Virus record (IMG/VR): IMGVR_UViG_3300036820_000002
Span: 32,001 to 96,000 of that record
Direction: 5' to 3' (one strand)
Origin: a virus
Length of the DNA: 64,000 bases
Part shown: in pieces, positions 1 to 7,056 of the stretch
Layout of the letters: every line of letters begins with the position of its first letter
Numbering within the stretch: the stretch's first letter is position 1
Position numbers and translations under genes: made by a program
The notes under the pieces: generated by a model
What the model saw: the letters and a program-made list of their open reading frames with translations, nothing else
What the model was told of the DNA's origin: nothing
Database searches by the model: none

Positions 1-1
1 G

Positions 2-100
2 CTGTCCCCGGCGGTCGGCACCTACACCCCGGTTAGCATCCACGGCGCCAGCACGATCGGGAACTCCTTCCAGGTGTACACCGGGAACTCGATCGGCTAA
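2..100 (+). CDS. 3' end of a hypothetical protein (truncated by window start)
   Basis: Open frame 2 with GC3-rich codons ending at TAA 98-100 (LSPAVGTYTP...GNSIG*). Confidence 0.5.
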   Translation: MSPAVGTYTPVSIHGASTIGNSFQVYTGNSIG

Positions 101-130
101 GCTAGGTCCCGCCCTGGCTGAAGGCACCGA

Positions 131-168
131 GCAGGAGGGAGCCGCAGTGATACTGCGGCTCCTTCTGC
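131..168. terminator. Strong hairpin, probable terminator
   Basis: GCAGGAGGGAGCCGCAGT-GAT-ACTGCGGCTCCTTCTGC followed by TTT. Confidence 0.6.
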
Positions 169-186
169 TTTCCCCGGGTATTCCGC

Positions 187-215
187 TTGCACTGCCCGGG
201 AGCGTGTGGTAGCTT
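187..215 (+). promoter_or_regulatory. sigma70/HrdB-type promoter
   Basis: TTGCAC-N17-TAGCTT with TG just upstream of the -10 element. Confidence 0.5.
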
Positions 216-254
216 TAGCTCATCAGCAAAGAAAAGAAAAGAAGGAAGAACACC

Positions 255-548
255 ATGAAGCTCCGCACCATCGCAGCGGCCGTCACGATCGCCGGTGCCG
301 CTCTCACCGGTACCGCCCTGGCCGCTCACGCGTCGGCGCCCGTCATCTTCCAGGCTCAGGTCACCGGCTGGAATACCTTCCGGGCCGCTTACCCGCTGAC
401 CGTCGGCGAGATCGTCTCCGAGAACACGGGCGGCCGTCAGTTCACCATCACCTCGGTGCAGAGTGCCGGCGGCGATGAGAACGTGACCGTCAGCACCGCC
501 GGGCTCCCGGCTAAGGGCACTGATGTGGCCCTGACCCTGGTCAGTTGA
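255..548 (+). CDS. Small secreted protein
   Basis: Strong SD (GAAGGAAG); N-terminal signal peptide MKLRTIAAAVTIAGAALTGTALAAHASA. Confidence 0.75.
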   Translation: MKLRTIAAAVTIAGAALTGTALAAHASAPVIFQAQVTGWNTFRAAYPLTVGEIVSENTGGRQFTITSVQSAGGDENVTVSTAGLPAKGTDVALTLVS

Positions 549-574
549 CAGGTCCGTCCGTACGGGCTTACGCT
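545..574 (+). promoter_or_regulatory. Promoter heading the tRNA array
   Basis: TTGACA-N18-TACGCT. Confidence 0.6.
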
Positions 575-736
575 TAGTTCATGTTTAAGTGGCAGATCTC
601 ACACTCCCGGGCCACCCGGCCTGGTACTGAGCGCTGCCCCGGGAGTCTCCCTGGGTGATCTTCCCCGAAGCCCAGGGAGGCCGCCCGGATCAGGATTACC
701 TGGTTCCACGAGCGGCCTTTCTCATAACTGAATCTT

Positions 737-809
737 TCGGACGTAGCTCAACGGGGAGAGCTCTGGTCTCCAAAACCAGCGGTTGAGGGTTCGAGTCCCT
801 CCGTCCGGG
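737..809 (+). tRNA. tRNA-Trp(CCA)
   Basis: Cloverleaf; anticodon arm CTGGT-CTCCAAA-ACCAG; TTCGAGT T-loop. Confidence 0.9.
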
Positions 810-914
810 CGAGGCACCACCTGCGGGTGTACGTGCGTGATCATTGACAACTCCATCTGTTGACGGGCCGGATGACCAGGGGTGAACGATGCCGCTGTAC
901 CGTCCGGTCTCGTG

Positions 915-987
915 GGGGCCTTGGCGCAGCTGGCAGCGCGTCTCTTTTGCACGGAGAAGGTCGCGGGTTCGATCCCCGCAGGCTCCA
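915..987 (+). tRNA. tRNA-Ala(TGC)
   Basis: Cloverleaf; G3:U70; loop TTTGCAC. Confidence 0.92.
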
Positions 988-992
988 CGTCA

Positions 993-1066
993 GGGGGTTT
1001 GGCGCAGTCCGGAAGCGCGCTTCCTTCGCAAGGAAGAGGGCACGGGTCCGAATCCCGTAACCTCCA
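993..1066 (+). tRNA. tRNA-Ala(CGC)
   Basis: Cloverleaf; G3:U70; loop TTCGCAA; T-loop TCCGAAT. Confidence 0.9.
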
Positions 1067-1073
1067 CCTGTAC

Positions 1074-1147
1074 GGGGCTTTAGCGCAGCCTGGTAGCGCG
1101 TCTGCGTGGCACGCAGAAGGTCGCGGGTCCGAATCCCGCAAGCTCCA
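1074..1147 (+). tRNA. tRNA-Ala(GGC)
   Basis: Cloverleaf; G3:U70; loop GTGGCAC; T-loop TCCGAAT. Confidence 0.9.
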
Positions 1148-1292
1148 CGAAAGAAGGGCCTGGCGCTGTCGGGCGTCAGGACTAAACGACATCCGGCGGG
1201 GCCCCAGTGATTACAACGGGCCGGGCGGCAGTCAGGGTACTACTCATGAGGTCCGCGCTCCCGCTTACTGGTGGTACTGCTAGGAATAGCAT

Positions 1293-1366
1293 CGGGTTGT
1301 GGCGCAGCTTGGCAGCGCGCGTCGTTCGGGACGACGAGGTCGGCCGTTCAAATCGGCCCAGCCCGA
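1293..1366 (+). tRNA. tRNA-Pro(CGG)
   Basis: Cloverleaf; CGTCG-TTCGGGA-CGACG. Confidence 0.92.
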
Positions 1367-1449
1367 CTCTGAGGAGCTGCATACGGGGATGAGATAAGCC
1401 CTGGCTGTGTGTGGCGGTGAAAGTCCGTGCCAGTTCCTCAGTTTTTAAA

Positions 1450-1523
1450 CGGAGTATGGCGCAGCTTGGCAGCGCGCCCGGCTGGGGGCCGGGAGGTCGC
1501 GGTTTCGAATACCGCTACTCCGA
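1450..1523 (+). tRNA. tRNA-Pro(GGG)
   Basis: Cloverleaf; CCCGG-CTGGGGG-CCGGG. Confidence 0.9.
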
Positions 1524-1577
1524 CGAGCAGCCCGGACGCAGGCGCCGCCGGACGGCCTGGGCGGGCTGCCAGGTGTA

Positions 1578-1649
1578 CGGGGTGTAGCTCAGTGGCAGAG
1601 CACCGCGTTTGGGACGCGGGGGTCGTCCGTTCGGTCCGGACCACTCCGA
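1578..1649 (+). tRNA. tRNA-Pro(TGG)
   Basis: Cloverleaf; CCGCG-TTTGGGA-CGCGG; T-loop TTCGGTC. Confidence 0.88.
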
Positions 1650-1661
1650 CGTAAGTACTAT

Positions 1662-1733
1662 GGTCACCTAGCTGAGACGGATTAGCGGCTGCCTGAAAAG
1701 CAGCAGAGGCAGGGTCGCTACCTGCGGTGGCCA
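1662..1733 (+). tRNA. tRNA-Phe(GAA), atypical T-loop
   Basis: Cloverleaf; GCTGC-CTGAAAA-GCAGC; T-loop GTCGCTA. Confidence 0.8.
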
Positions 1734-2024
1734 CGGGGCTATAGGGAATCTCTTTGATGGTATCCTTGGCCTTTACCGGAAGACAGGACTAGAACCGTGG
1801 CCTCTGGCGGGGCCTTCGAAGAGAATTCCGGACACGATGAGGTCTTCCTTCCCTTACCGCGCTGAACACCTGTCTTCCCTCATAGTCGTGAGCCCCGGGT
1901 CCGCCTCTGCCTGCATGCCGCCCGGGGCACGGCCTGCCCCTGCCCTGACCTGGTCTCCGCGTACGGATAGCTTTATGGCATCCGTATGCAGTGGAGTATC
2001 CGTTTGAATCGGAAAGGGGCTCCT

Positions 2025-2095
2025 GCGGGTGTCGTCCAAAGGCAGGACAGCAGCCCTCCAAGCTGCTTACGCCGGTTCGACCCCGGTCACCCGCT
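2025..2095 (+). tRNA. tRNA-Gly(TCC)
   Basis: Cloverleaf; GCAGC-CCTCCAA-GCTGC; U73. Confidence 0.88.
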
Positions 2096-2107
2096 CTTAT
2101 CAGCCAT

Positions 2108-2181
2108 GGGCCGCTAACTCAAGTGCGAAGAGTACCGTCCTCTTAAGTCGGAAGTTCCGGGTTCGAGTCCCGGGCGGCTCA
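2108..2181 (+). tRNA. tRNA-Lys(CTT)
   Basis: Cloverleaf; loop CTCTTAA. Confidence 0.88.
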
Positions 2182-2224
2182 CTGCTAGTGTTAAGGAGGG
2201 CGGCTCACTGCTAGTGTTAAGGAG
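2173..2224. repeat. Perfect 26-bp tandem duplication
   Basis: GGCGGCTCACTGCTAGTGTTAAGGAG at 2173-2198 and 2199-2224. Confidence 0.95.
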
Positions 2225-2274
2225 AATGTCATGCACGCTCTCTATAAACAGGTCCCGGCCATCTGATAAACCGG

Positions 2275-2348
2275 GAGCCGCTAACTCAAATGCGAAGAGT
2301 ACCGATCTTTTAAATCGGGAGTTCAGGGTTCGAGTCCCTGGCGGCCCA
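2275..2348 (+). tRNA. tRNA-Lys(TTT)
   Basis: Cloverleaf; CCGAT-CTTTTAA-ATCGG; A2:C71 mismatch. Confidence 0.85.
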
Positions 2349-2359
2349 CAGGAGAGAAT

Positions 2360-2470
2360 ATGCCGCAGGTCATCTGCCCGGACTGCAAGGGCGGTGAAGA
2401 CGATAAGAAGGACTGCGAGCGGTGCCATGGCACCGGTACTATCTGGGTGGACAGCGGCTCCGGCTGGTAA
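2360..2470 (+). CDS. 36-aa zinc-finger peptide (DnaJ-type CxxCxG repeats)
   Basis: SD GGAG; MPQVICPDCKGGEDDKKDCERCHGTGTIWVDSGSGW* (below the ORF-track cutoff). Confidence 0.7.
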   Translation: MPQVICPDCKGGEDDKKDCERCHGTGTIWVDSGSGW

Positions 2471-2546
2471 GGGCGGGTAAGTCCAATCTGGTAGAGCTGG
2501 CCTGCTCAAAACAGGTCGTATGCGGGTTCGAGCCCCGCCCCGCCTA
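2471..2546 (+). tRNA. tRNA-Leu(CAA) with short variable loop
   Basis: Cloverleaf; GCCTG-CTCAAAA-CAGGT; variable region only CGTAT; A73. Confidence 0.8.
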
Positions 2547-2554
2547 CGGAAGAG

Positions 2555-2731
2555 ATGAATGGGATGCAGCGGCGGCAGACCCGGGGCCTGGCTGAGGGTG
2601 ATGTCTTCACCGGCTGGAAGCATGTGCTCTGCTACGTGCAGCGAGCGGGAGTGAAGAGCGGTATCAAGCGCGGTGCCCGGCGGCGGGAGCGGCGTGAGGG
2701 CAAGGCGCAGCTGCGGGAAGAACAGATATGA
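2555..2731 (+). CDS. 58-aa basic hypothetical protein
   Basis: MNGMQRRQTRG...KRGARRRERREGKAQLREEQI*; ATGA overlap with the next gene. Confidence 0.6.
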   Translation: MNGMQRRQTRGLAEGDVFTGWKHVLCYVQRAGVKSGIKRGARRRERREGKAQLREEQI

Positions 2732-3033
2732 AGAGAAGGCCGGTGGCGGCATTCGACGTGGACGGCACCCTCCTCCGGGACGACGACAGCCCCCGCGAGG
2801 AGATGGTCTCGTTGCTGATGGCACTGGTGCCGTACTGCAGGATCGTGGTCTGGTCCGGTTGCGGGAGCGATTATGCGGTGATGCAGGGACGGCGGCTCAG
2901 GCTCCCGGACGGCATCACCTACATGGCGAAGGCCGGCGGGTTCGCCGACCTCTGCTTTGATGACCAGGATGTTAACCTGGCGACCGTGAACATCATGGTC
3001 GCCGATGAGGAGCAATCCTCCGATCCCGCTTAG
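2728..3033 (+). CDS. Minimal HAD-superfamily phosphatase-like protein
   Basis: Motif I FDVDGTL, motif II VWSG, motif IV CFDD. Confidence 0.75.
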   Translation: MKRRPVAAFDVDGTLLRDDDSPREEMVSLLMALVPYCRIVVWSGCGSDYAVMQGRRLRLPDGITYMAKAGGFADLCFDDQDVNLATVNIMVADEEQSSDPA

Positions 3034-3096
3034 TTCAGCTGGTAGAACGCCGCCCTCTGAAGGCGGAAGTGCGAGGTTCGAAACCTTGAGCGGGAG
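3024..3096 (+). tRNA. tRNA-Gln(CTG)
   Basis: Cloverleaf; U1-A72; CCGCC-CTCTGAA-GGCGG. Confidence 0.9.
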
Positions 3097-3100
3097 CTGT

Positions 3101-3138
3101 GCCCCTGTAGCTCAGCCGGAAGAGCGGTCACCTCGTAC
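3101..3138 (+). pseudogene. 5' half of a tRNA-Thr(CGT)
   Basis: GCCCCTG-TA-GCTCAGCCGGAAGAGC-G-GTCAC-CTCGTAC, then no 3' half. Confidence 0.7.
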
Positions 3139-3147
3139 AGAAATCTT

Positions 3148-3221
3148 GCCGTCATAGCTCAGCTGGTCAGAGCGGCTGTCTCGTAAACAGCAGGTGGCAG
3201 GTTCGAGCCCTGCTGGCGGCT
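3148..3221 (+). tRNA. tRNA-Thr(CGT)
   Basis: Cloverleaf; GCTGT-CTCGTAA-ACAGC. Confidence 0.92.
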
Positions 3222-3260
3222 CTCCGTGGTCAGGGGCTCTGGCCGAAGAGAAGGAGAAGG

Positions 3261-3464
3261 ATGAGCGAACAGGACAGGACGGCGGCCGTTCACGCCTCCG
3301 TCGATGAGAAGGCGGCTGAGCTCGCGCTGATGGAGCACATCCGGGCGGCAGTGTACAGCCTGGAGGTTCCTATTTCCCAGGTCGTGCTCCGCTTCGAGGA
3401 GAAGCTCCGCGAGCTGCTCCCGGTGGCGCCGGGGGAGACCTTGAAGACGCCGGACAGCGAGTAG
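3261..3464 (+). CDS. Hypothetical protein
   Basis: SD AAGGAG; GC3-biased 67-aa ORF. Confidence 0.7.
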   Translation: MSEQDRTAAVHASVDEKAAELALMEHIRAAVYSLEVPISQVVLRFEEKLRELLPVAPGETLKTPDSE

Positions 3465-3465
3465 C

Positions 3466-3978
3466 ATGGGCCGTATCGCGGTAGCAATGGTCGCGGTGGC
3501 GGTGGCCGCCGGAGCCTGCTTCGCACCGGCTGCGGAAGCCAAGCCAGCTCCGTCGAGCCATGAGGTGGCTTATGATGATATCCGGGCAGCGGGAACCAGG
3601 GAATGTTTCGCGGTCTCGGGGCTGCGGGTGATAATCGCTACCTGCAATGTCCATGACGGTCATCAGGAATGGCTTCTCAACCGCTATGGAGCACTGCTGG
3701 AGATAGCCAGCTCGGAGTACCCCGGGCTGTGCCTCGGCAAGCCCGGCTACCCGGTGACGCTCAGTTCATGTGCGGACCTGAATGCTCACGGTTACCCGCT
3801 CCGCCTTGATGAGACCGCCAGGGAGACGATGACTGTGGAACTGGCGCGTACGGGTGACCTGTTGTCTTCCTGCCTCTCCGGCGACGAGGAGGCGATCGCC
3901 CGCTGGACGGTCAGGAACACTGCCGACTGCCTCCAGGAGCTTGTGCTTCCGGAATGGAAGCCGGTGAAGGACGCGTAA
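3466..3978 (+). CDS. Secreted protein, ricin-B/beta-trefoil-like (paralog 1)
   Basis: Signal peptide; repeated C..C..QxW pattern (HQEW, LCL). Confidence 0.6.
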   Translation: MGRIAVAMVAVAVAAGACFAPAAEAKPAPSSHEVAYDDIRAAGTRECFAVSGLRVIIATCNVHDGHQEWLLNRYGALLEIASSEYPGLCLGKPGYPVTLSSCADLNAHGYPLRLDETARETMTVELARTGDLLSSCLSGDEEAIARWTVRNTADCLQELVLPEWKPVKDA

Positions 3979-3992
3979 GGAGGGAGAAGGAG

Positions 3993-4217
3993 ATGGCCGT
4001 AGAGATTGCGCTGAAGCACAAGTACCGGATGGGCAGCACCGGCAAGAGGAATGCGTCCCGGGGCAATAACAGCGGTACGAACAAGCACCGGGGCGAGGAT
4101 AAGAACCGGCTTGCGTTCGCCCAGTCTCAGACCAGGGCAAACCAGCGGATGCTGGTTATGCTGCCGACCGGCAGGTTCCGGTGGGTGCTGGCGGCGGACT
4201 GGGGTGGCAGCCGCTAG
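3993..4217 (+). CDS. Basic hypothetical protein
   Basis: SD AAGGAG before ATG 3993. Confidence 0.6.
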   Translation: MAVEIALKHKYRMGSTGKRNASRGNNSGTNKHRGEDKNRLAFAQSQTRANQRMLVMLPTGRFRWVLAADWGGSR

Positions 4218-4251
4218 CGGGCGGCCTGGCGGGATATCAGGAAGATAACAT

Positions 4252-4336
4252 GCGCTCGTGGCGGAATGGCAGACGCGCAGCGTTGAGGTCGCTGTGCTCC
4301 GCGAGGGGCGTCCCGGTTCAAGTCCGGGCGGGCGCA
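4252..4336 (+). tRNA. tRNA-Leu(GAG)
   Basis: Cloverleaf with long variable arm; loop TTGAGGT. Confidence 0.92.
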
Positions 4337-4407
4337 CACCGTGTCTGGCTGGTCACGGTGAGATGATATGAGCAGGGCCCGTGGCGAGTGCCAGCTCGCT
4401 ACGGCAC

Positions 4408-4481
4408 GCCGCCTTAGCTCAGTCTGGCAGAGCAACCGCCCTGTAAGCGGTAGGTCACCCGTTCGAGGCGGGTAGGCGGCT
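4408..4481 (+). tRNA. tRNA-Thr(TGT)
   Basis: Cloverleaf; ACCGC-CCTGTAA-GCGGT. Confidence 0.88.
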
Positions 4482-4510
4482 CACGAGGTAATCCCAGGGG
4501 AAGGGGACGA

Positions 4511-4654
4511 ATGGATTTCAGTGACGCGCTGAGCACTATGCGGCAGGGCGGCAGGGTACGGCGGCGGTTGTGGTCACAGATATGGCCCGCGCACCTATGG
4601 CTGGAGATCGTGGCGAACTGGGACCTCCTGGCCAGTGACTGGGAGGCAGAGTAA
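4511..4654 (+). CDS. Miniature DUF2829/Tad2-like protein (47 aa)
   Basis: MDFSDALSTMRQGGRVRRRLW...DLLASDW matches both conserved ends of DUF2829 as I recall them. Confidence 0.6.
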   Translation: MDFSDALSTMRQGGRVRRRLWSQIWPAHLWLEIVANWDLLASDWEAE

Positions 4655-4794
4655 TCAGCCGGCGGGATTGGACGACCCCGAAGGCGCATGCCCGCAGGCC
4701 GCACCATAAAGCCATGCACAGCGGCAAGAAAGGGAGAGGTGGGGATAAGAAGCTGAAGGAAGTCAAGCGCCTGCTCGCGCAGGGAGCAGTGTAA

Positions 4795-4868
4795 TGCCCG
4801 CTGGGGTAACCGGCAAGCCCACCGGGTTTTGGTCTCGGGTGTTCCAGGTTCGAATCCTGGGCGGGCAG
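4795..4868 (+). tRNA. tRNA-Gln(TTG)
   Basis: Cloverleaf; U1-A72; loop TTTTGGT. Confidence 0.9.
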
Positions 4869-4965
4869 CGAGGAGATAGGGTTCTGCGCACGGAGATGAT
4901 TCTCCTCTGTCTAAACATGGCATAGTGCCTGGGTTACGGTACCCGGTGTCTAAAAGCCGCTGTAA

Positions 4966-5038
4966 GCCTCTCTAGCTCATCCGGCAGAGCGTGGCCATGG
5001 TAAGGTCAAGGCGAGCGGTTCGAGTCCGCTGGGAGGCT
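4966..5038 (+). tRNA. tRNA-Thr(GGT)
   Basis: Cloverleaf; loop ATGGTAA. Confidence 0.9.
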
Positions 5039-5054
5039 CACCGGGATACGTCTG

Positions 5055-5150
5055 GCACCGTGGCGTGTCCCTGCCGGTCCCACGAAGATGCTGACCTTCA
5101 CGGAGGGCCGGTAACCAGCCAGCCCTGGTCAGCGGGCGCTGGCACGGTGC
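5055..5150 (+). ncRNA. Candidate three-way-junction RNA with complementary loops
   Basis: Closing stem GCACCGTG/CACGGTGC; two hairpins carrying GCTGACC and GGTCAGC. Confidence 0.5.
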
Positions 5151-5154
5151 ACAC

Positions 5155-5226
5155 GCGGTTGTGGCGCAGTGGTAGCGCACCACCTTGCCAAGGTGGGGGT
5201 CACGGGTCCGAATCCCGTCAGCCGCT
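5155..5226 (+). tRNA. tRNA-Gly(GCC)
   Basis: Cloverleaf; CCACC-TTGCCAA-GGTGG; T-loop TCCGAAT. Confidence 0.9.
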
Positions 5227-5287
5227 CGGAGGGACAACGCTGGGGGCTGACTTACCCAAGGAGATCGTCACTGGTGTCCCTTCTCAT

Positions 5288-5359
5288 GCGGCCATAATTC
5301 AATGGCAGAATGCCACCTTCCCATGGTGGAGACGAGGGTTCGACTTCCCTCTGGCCGCT
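5288..5359 (+). tRNA. tRNA-Gly(CCC)
   Basis: Cloverleaf; loop TTCCCAT; 8-nt T-loop. Confidence 0.85.
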
Positions 5360-5392
5360 CTGTTCCTTACGCCGAGACGCGTGAGGAACCCC

Positions 5393-5477
5393 GGGCGAGT
5401 GGTGGAATGGTAGACACGCATGCCTCAGGAGTATGTGTCTTAACGACGTGGGGGTTCGACTCCCCCCTCGCCTACCA
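5393..5477 (+). tRNA. tRNA-Leu(CAG)
   Basis: Cloverleaf with long variable arm; encoded CCA. Confidence 0.92.
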
Positions 5478-5557
5478 GCAGGAAGCTTTTATGATAGAAC
5501 CCGGATTCCCGGGTACTGTCTGACGGACTCCATAACCCGGGCTTCCTGCTGTTTTCC

Positions 5558-5646
5558 GGAGTGGTCGCCTAGTCCGGCCCATGGCGCTCGACTGCTAATC
5601 GAGTGGGGTCTCACCGCCCTCGGGAGTTCAAATCTCCCCCGCTCCG
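5558..5646 (+). tRNA. tRNA-Ser(GCT)
   Basis: Cloverleaf with long variable arm; CTCGA-CTGCTAA-TCGAG; G73. Confidence 0.92.
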
Positions 5647-5677
5647 CCCTGTTTCAGTGAACTGAAGGAAGAGATAC

Positions 5678-6253
5678 GTGATGATACGGTCGGCTGTTCT
5701 CGCAGCAGCAGCTGCCATGACGGCAGCGATTGCCCTGGCTGTCCCTGCTGGTGCGGTGACGGGACCTCCGGCCGGCTCCCGGGGAACCGGGGTGATCTCG
5801 GTGAGGACGAGCAAGGAGAAGCTCTGCCTGACCGCCCTGGGCAGCGGGGTGGTCGTGGCCAAGCCGTGCGTATCCAGGCTCAGCGACGAAGGGGACGGGC
5901 AGGCGTGGTTGCTGTCCCGTTATGACGGCTTCCTGGCCGTGAGGTCAGTCCGCGAGTCAGGTGAGTGCCTGGGGTCGCGTGGCGGGACGGCTTCCGCTGT
6001 GCTGGTGAGCTGCACGGCGAGCAATGAGGGCGGTGACGCTCTCCGCTACGTGGAACTGGGTGACGACGCGTGTCCCGGTATCGCTGCCACCTCAGATTGC
6101 GCCGAGATCACGCTGGTTAACGGGCGTAAGCTGACCGCCTGGGTCGCGGCCCGGGGCCATCGTGACTCCTATGCCGTCGTGACCTGGGATGAGGATCCGG
6201 GAGGCATGAACGTCCGGTTTACCTGGGCGGTGCCGGGGTGGCATCATGATTAG
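5678..6253 (+). CDS. Secreted protein, ricin-B/beta-trefoil-like (paralog 2)
   Basis: Signal peptide; LCL..C..GQAW, ECL..LVSC repeats. Confidence 0.65.
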   Translation: MMIRSAVLAAAAAMTAAIALAVPAGAVTGPPAGSRGTGVISVRTSKEKLCLTALGSGVVVAKPCVSRLSDEGDGQAWLLSRYDGFLAVRSVRESGECLGSRGGTASAVLVSCTASNEGGDALRYVELGDDACPGIAATSDCAEITLVNGRKLTAWVAARGHRDSYAVVTWDEDPGGMNVRFTWAVPGWHHD

Positions 6254-6262
6254 CAGGAGCTG

Positions 6263-6445
6263 GTGATAGTCTCTGACCAGAGAATGAATTGCGACAGGAA
6301 TTGCGGCAAGGACCTGTACCGGGAGTGCTTTGACTGCTGGGACGGGTACCATGTCTACGCTACGACACCGGGGAGCAGGATCAGGTGCCCTCCGTGTGAC
6401 CAGAAGAAGACCGGGAAGGTGGGCTTAGAGGCAGCCATCCTCTAA
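6263..6445 (+). CDS. Small Cys-rich protein
   Basis: SD AGGAG; CDRNC, CFDC, CPPC; 3' end overlaps the rRNA-mimic RNA. Confidence 0.45.
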   Translation: MIVSDQRMNCDRNCGKDLYRECFDCWDGYHVYATTPGSRIRCPPCDQKKTGKVGLEAAIL

Positions 6446-6533
6446 GGAGTGAGAGTACCGGCGTGAGGCGTCGGCGGAGCGCCTGGCCTCACCGGGCAGC
6501 TCCGGTCTCTTCGGCGTAACAGCACACCCGGTC
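6409..6533 (+). ncRNA. 23S rRNA GTPase-associated-centre (uL11-binding H43-H44) mimic with a 63-nt hairpin insert
   Basis: GACCGGGAAGGTGGGCTTAGAGGCAGCCATCCTCTAAGGAGT[insert]GCGTAACAGCACACCCGGTC resembles 23S nt ~1051-1108; no flanking rRNA. Confidence 0.8.
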
Positions 6534-6584
6534 AGTCCTGATGGTGTACAGTGAACAGGGAAAAGAAAGAACAGTGAGGAACGG

Positions 6585-7055
6585 ATGAGACTCGCCGAGG
6601 CGCTGCGTGAGCGCGCCGATACCCAGAAGAAGCTCGCGCAGCTGAGTCACCGCATCAGCGAGAACGCCCGGGTCCATGAGGGGGATACCCCCGACGAGGC
6701 CCCCCTGGATCTCCTGGCTGAGGCCAGGGTGAGGATGATCACGCTGGAAGAGCTGATCCGGCGCATCAACGCGACGAACGCCGCGACTCCGCTGACCCCG
6801 GAGATGACGCTCACCGCCGCGATGGCCCGCCGCGAGGCGCTGACCAACCTGCAGAAGTTCCTCACTGCCGCCGCCGATGCTGCCGCCGGCGGTACTGCTG
6901 ACCGGATGTGGGGCCGCCGCCGCGCGACTGAGCTCCGGGAGGTGGCGGCCTTGCCGGTGAAGGACCTCCGCGCCGAAGCGGACCGGGTGTCCGGGGAGCT
7001 GAGGAAGCTGTCCATGAGCATCGAGGAAATGAACTGGAAGACGGAACTGATGTAG
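6585..7055 (+). CDS. DIP1984-family helical/coiled-coil protein
   Basis: MRLAEAL.ERAD...ARVHEGDTP...RINATN...NWKTEL termini typical of the family. Confidence 0.8.
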   Translation: MRLAEALRERADTQKKLAQLSHRISENARVHEGDTPDEAPLDLLAEARVRMITLEELIRRINATNAATPLTPEMTLTAAMARREALTNLQKFLTAAADAAAGGTADRMWGRRRATELREVAALPVKDLRAEADRVSGELRKLSMSIEEMNWKTELM

Positions 7056-7056
7056 A

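Noticed and set aside
1735-1900. Possible tmRNA (starts GGGGCT)
   Set aside because: No TTCGA T-arm or matching acceptor 3' end, and no tag reading frame found.
722-2480. Many 60-240 aa ORFs on both strands over the tRNA genes
   Set aside because: They are translations of tRNA sequence, with no SD or codon bias.
6409-6533. rRNA gene or host contamination
   Set aside because: Similarity is confined to one ~60-nt domain with an insert and compensatory changes, and the flanks are phage ORFs, so it is reported as a mimic.
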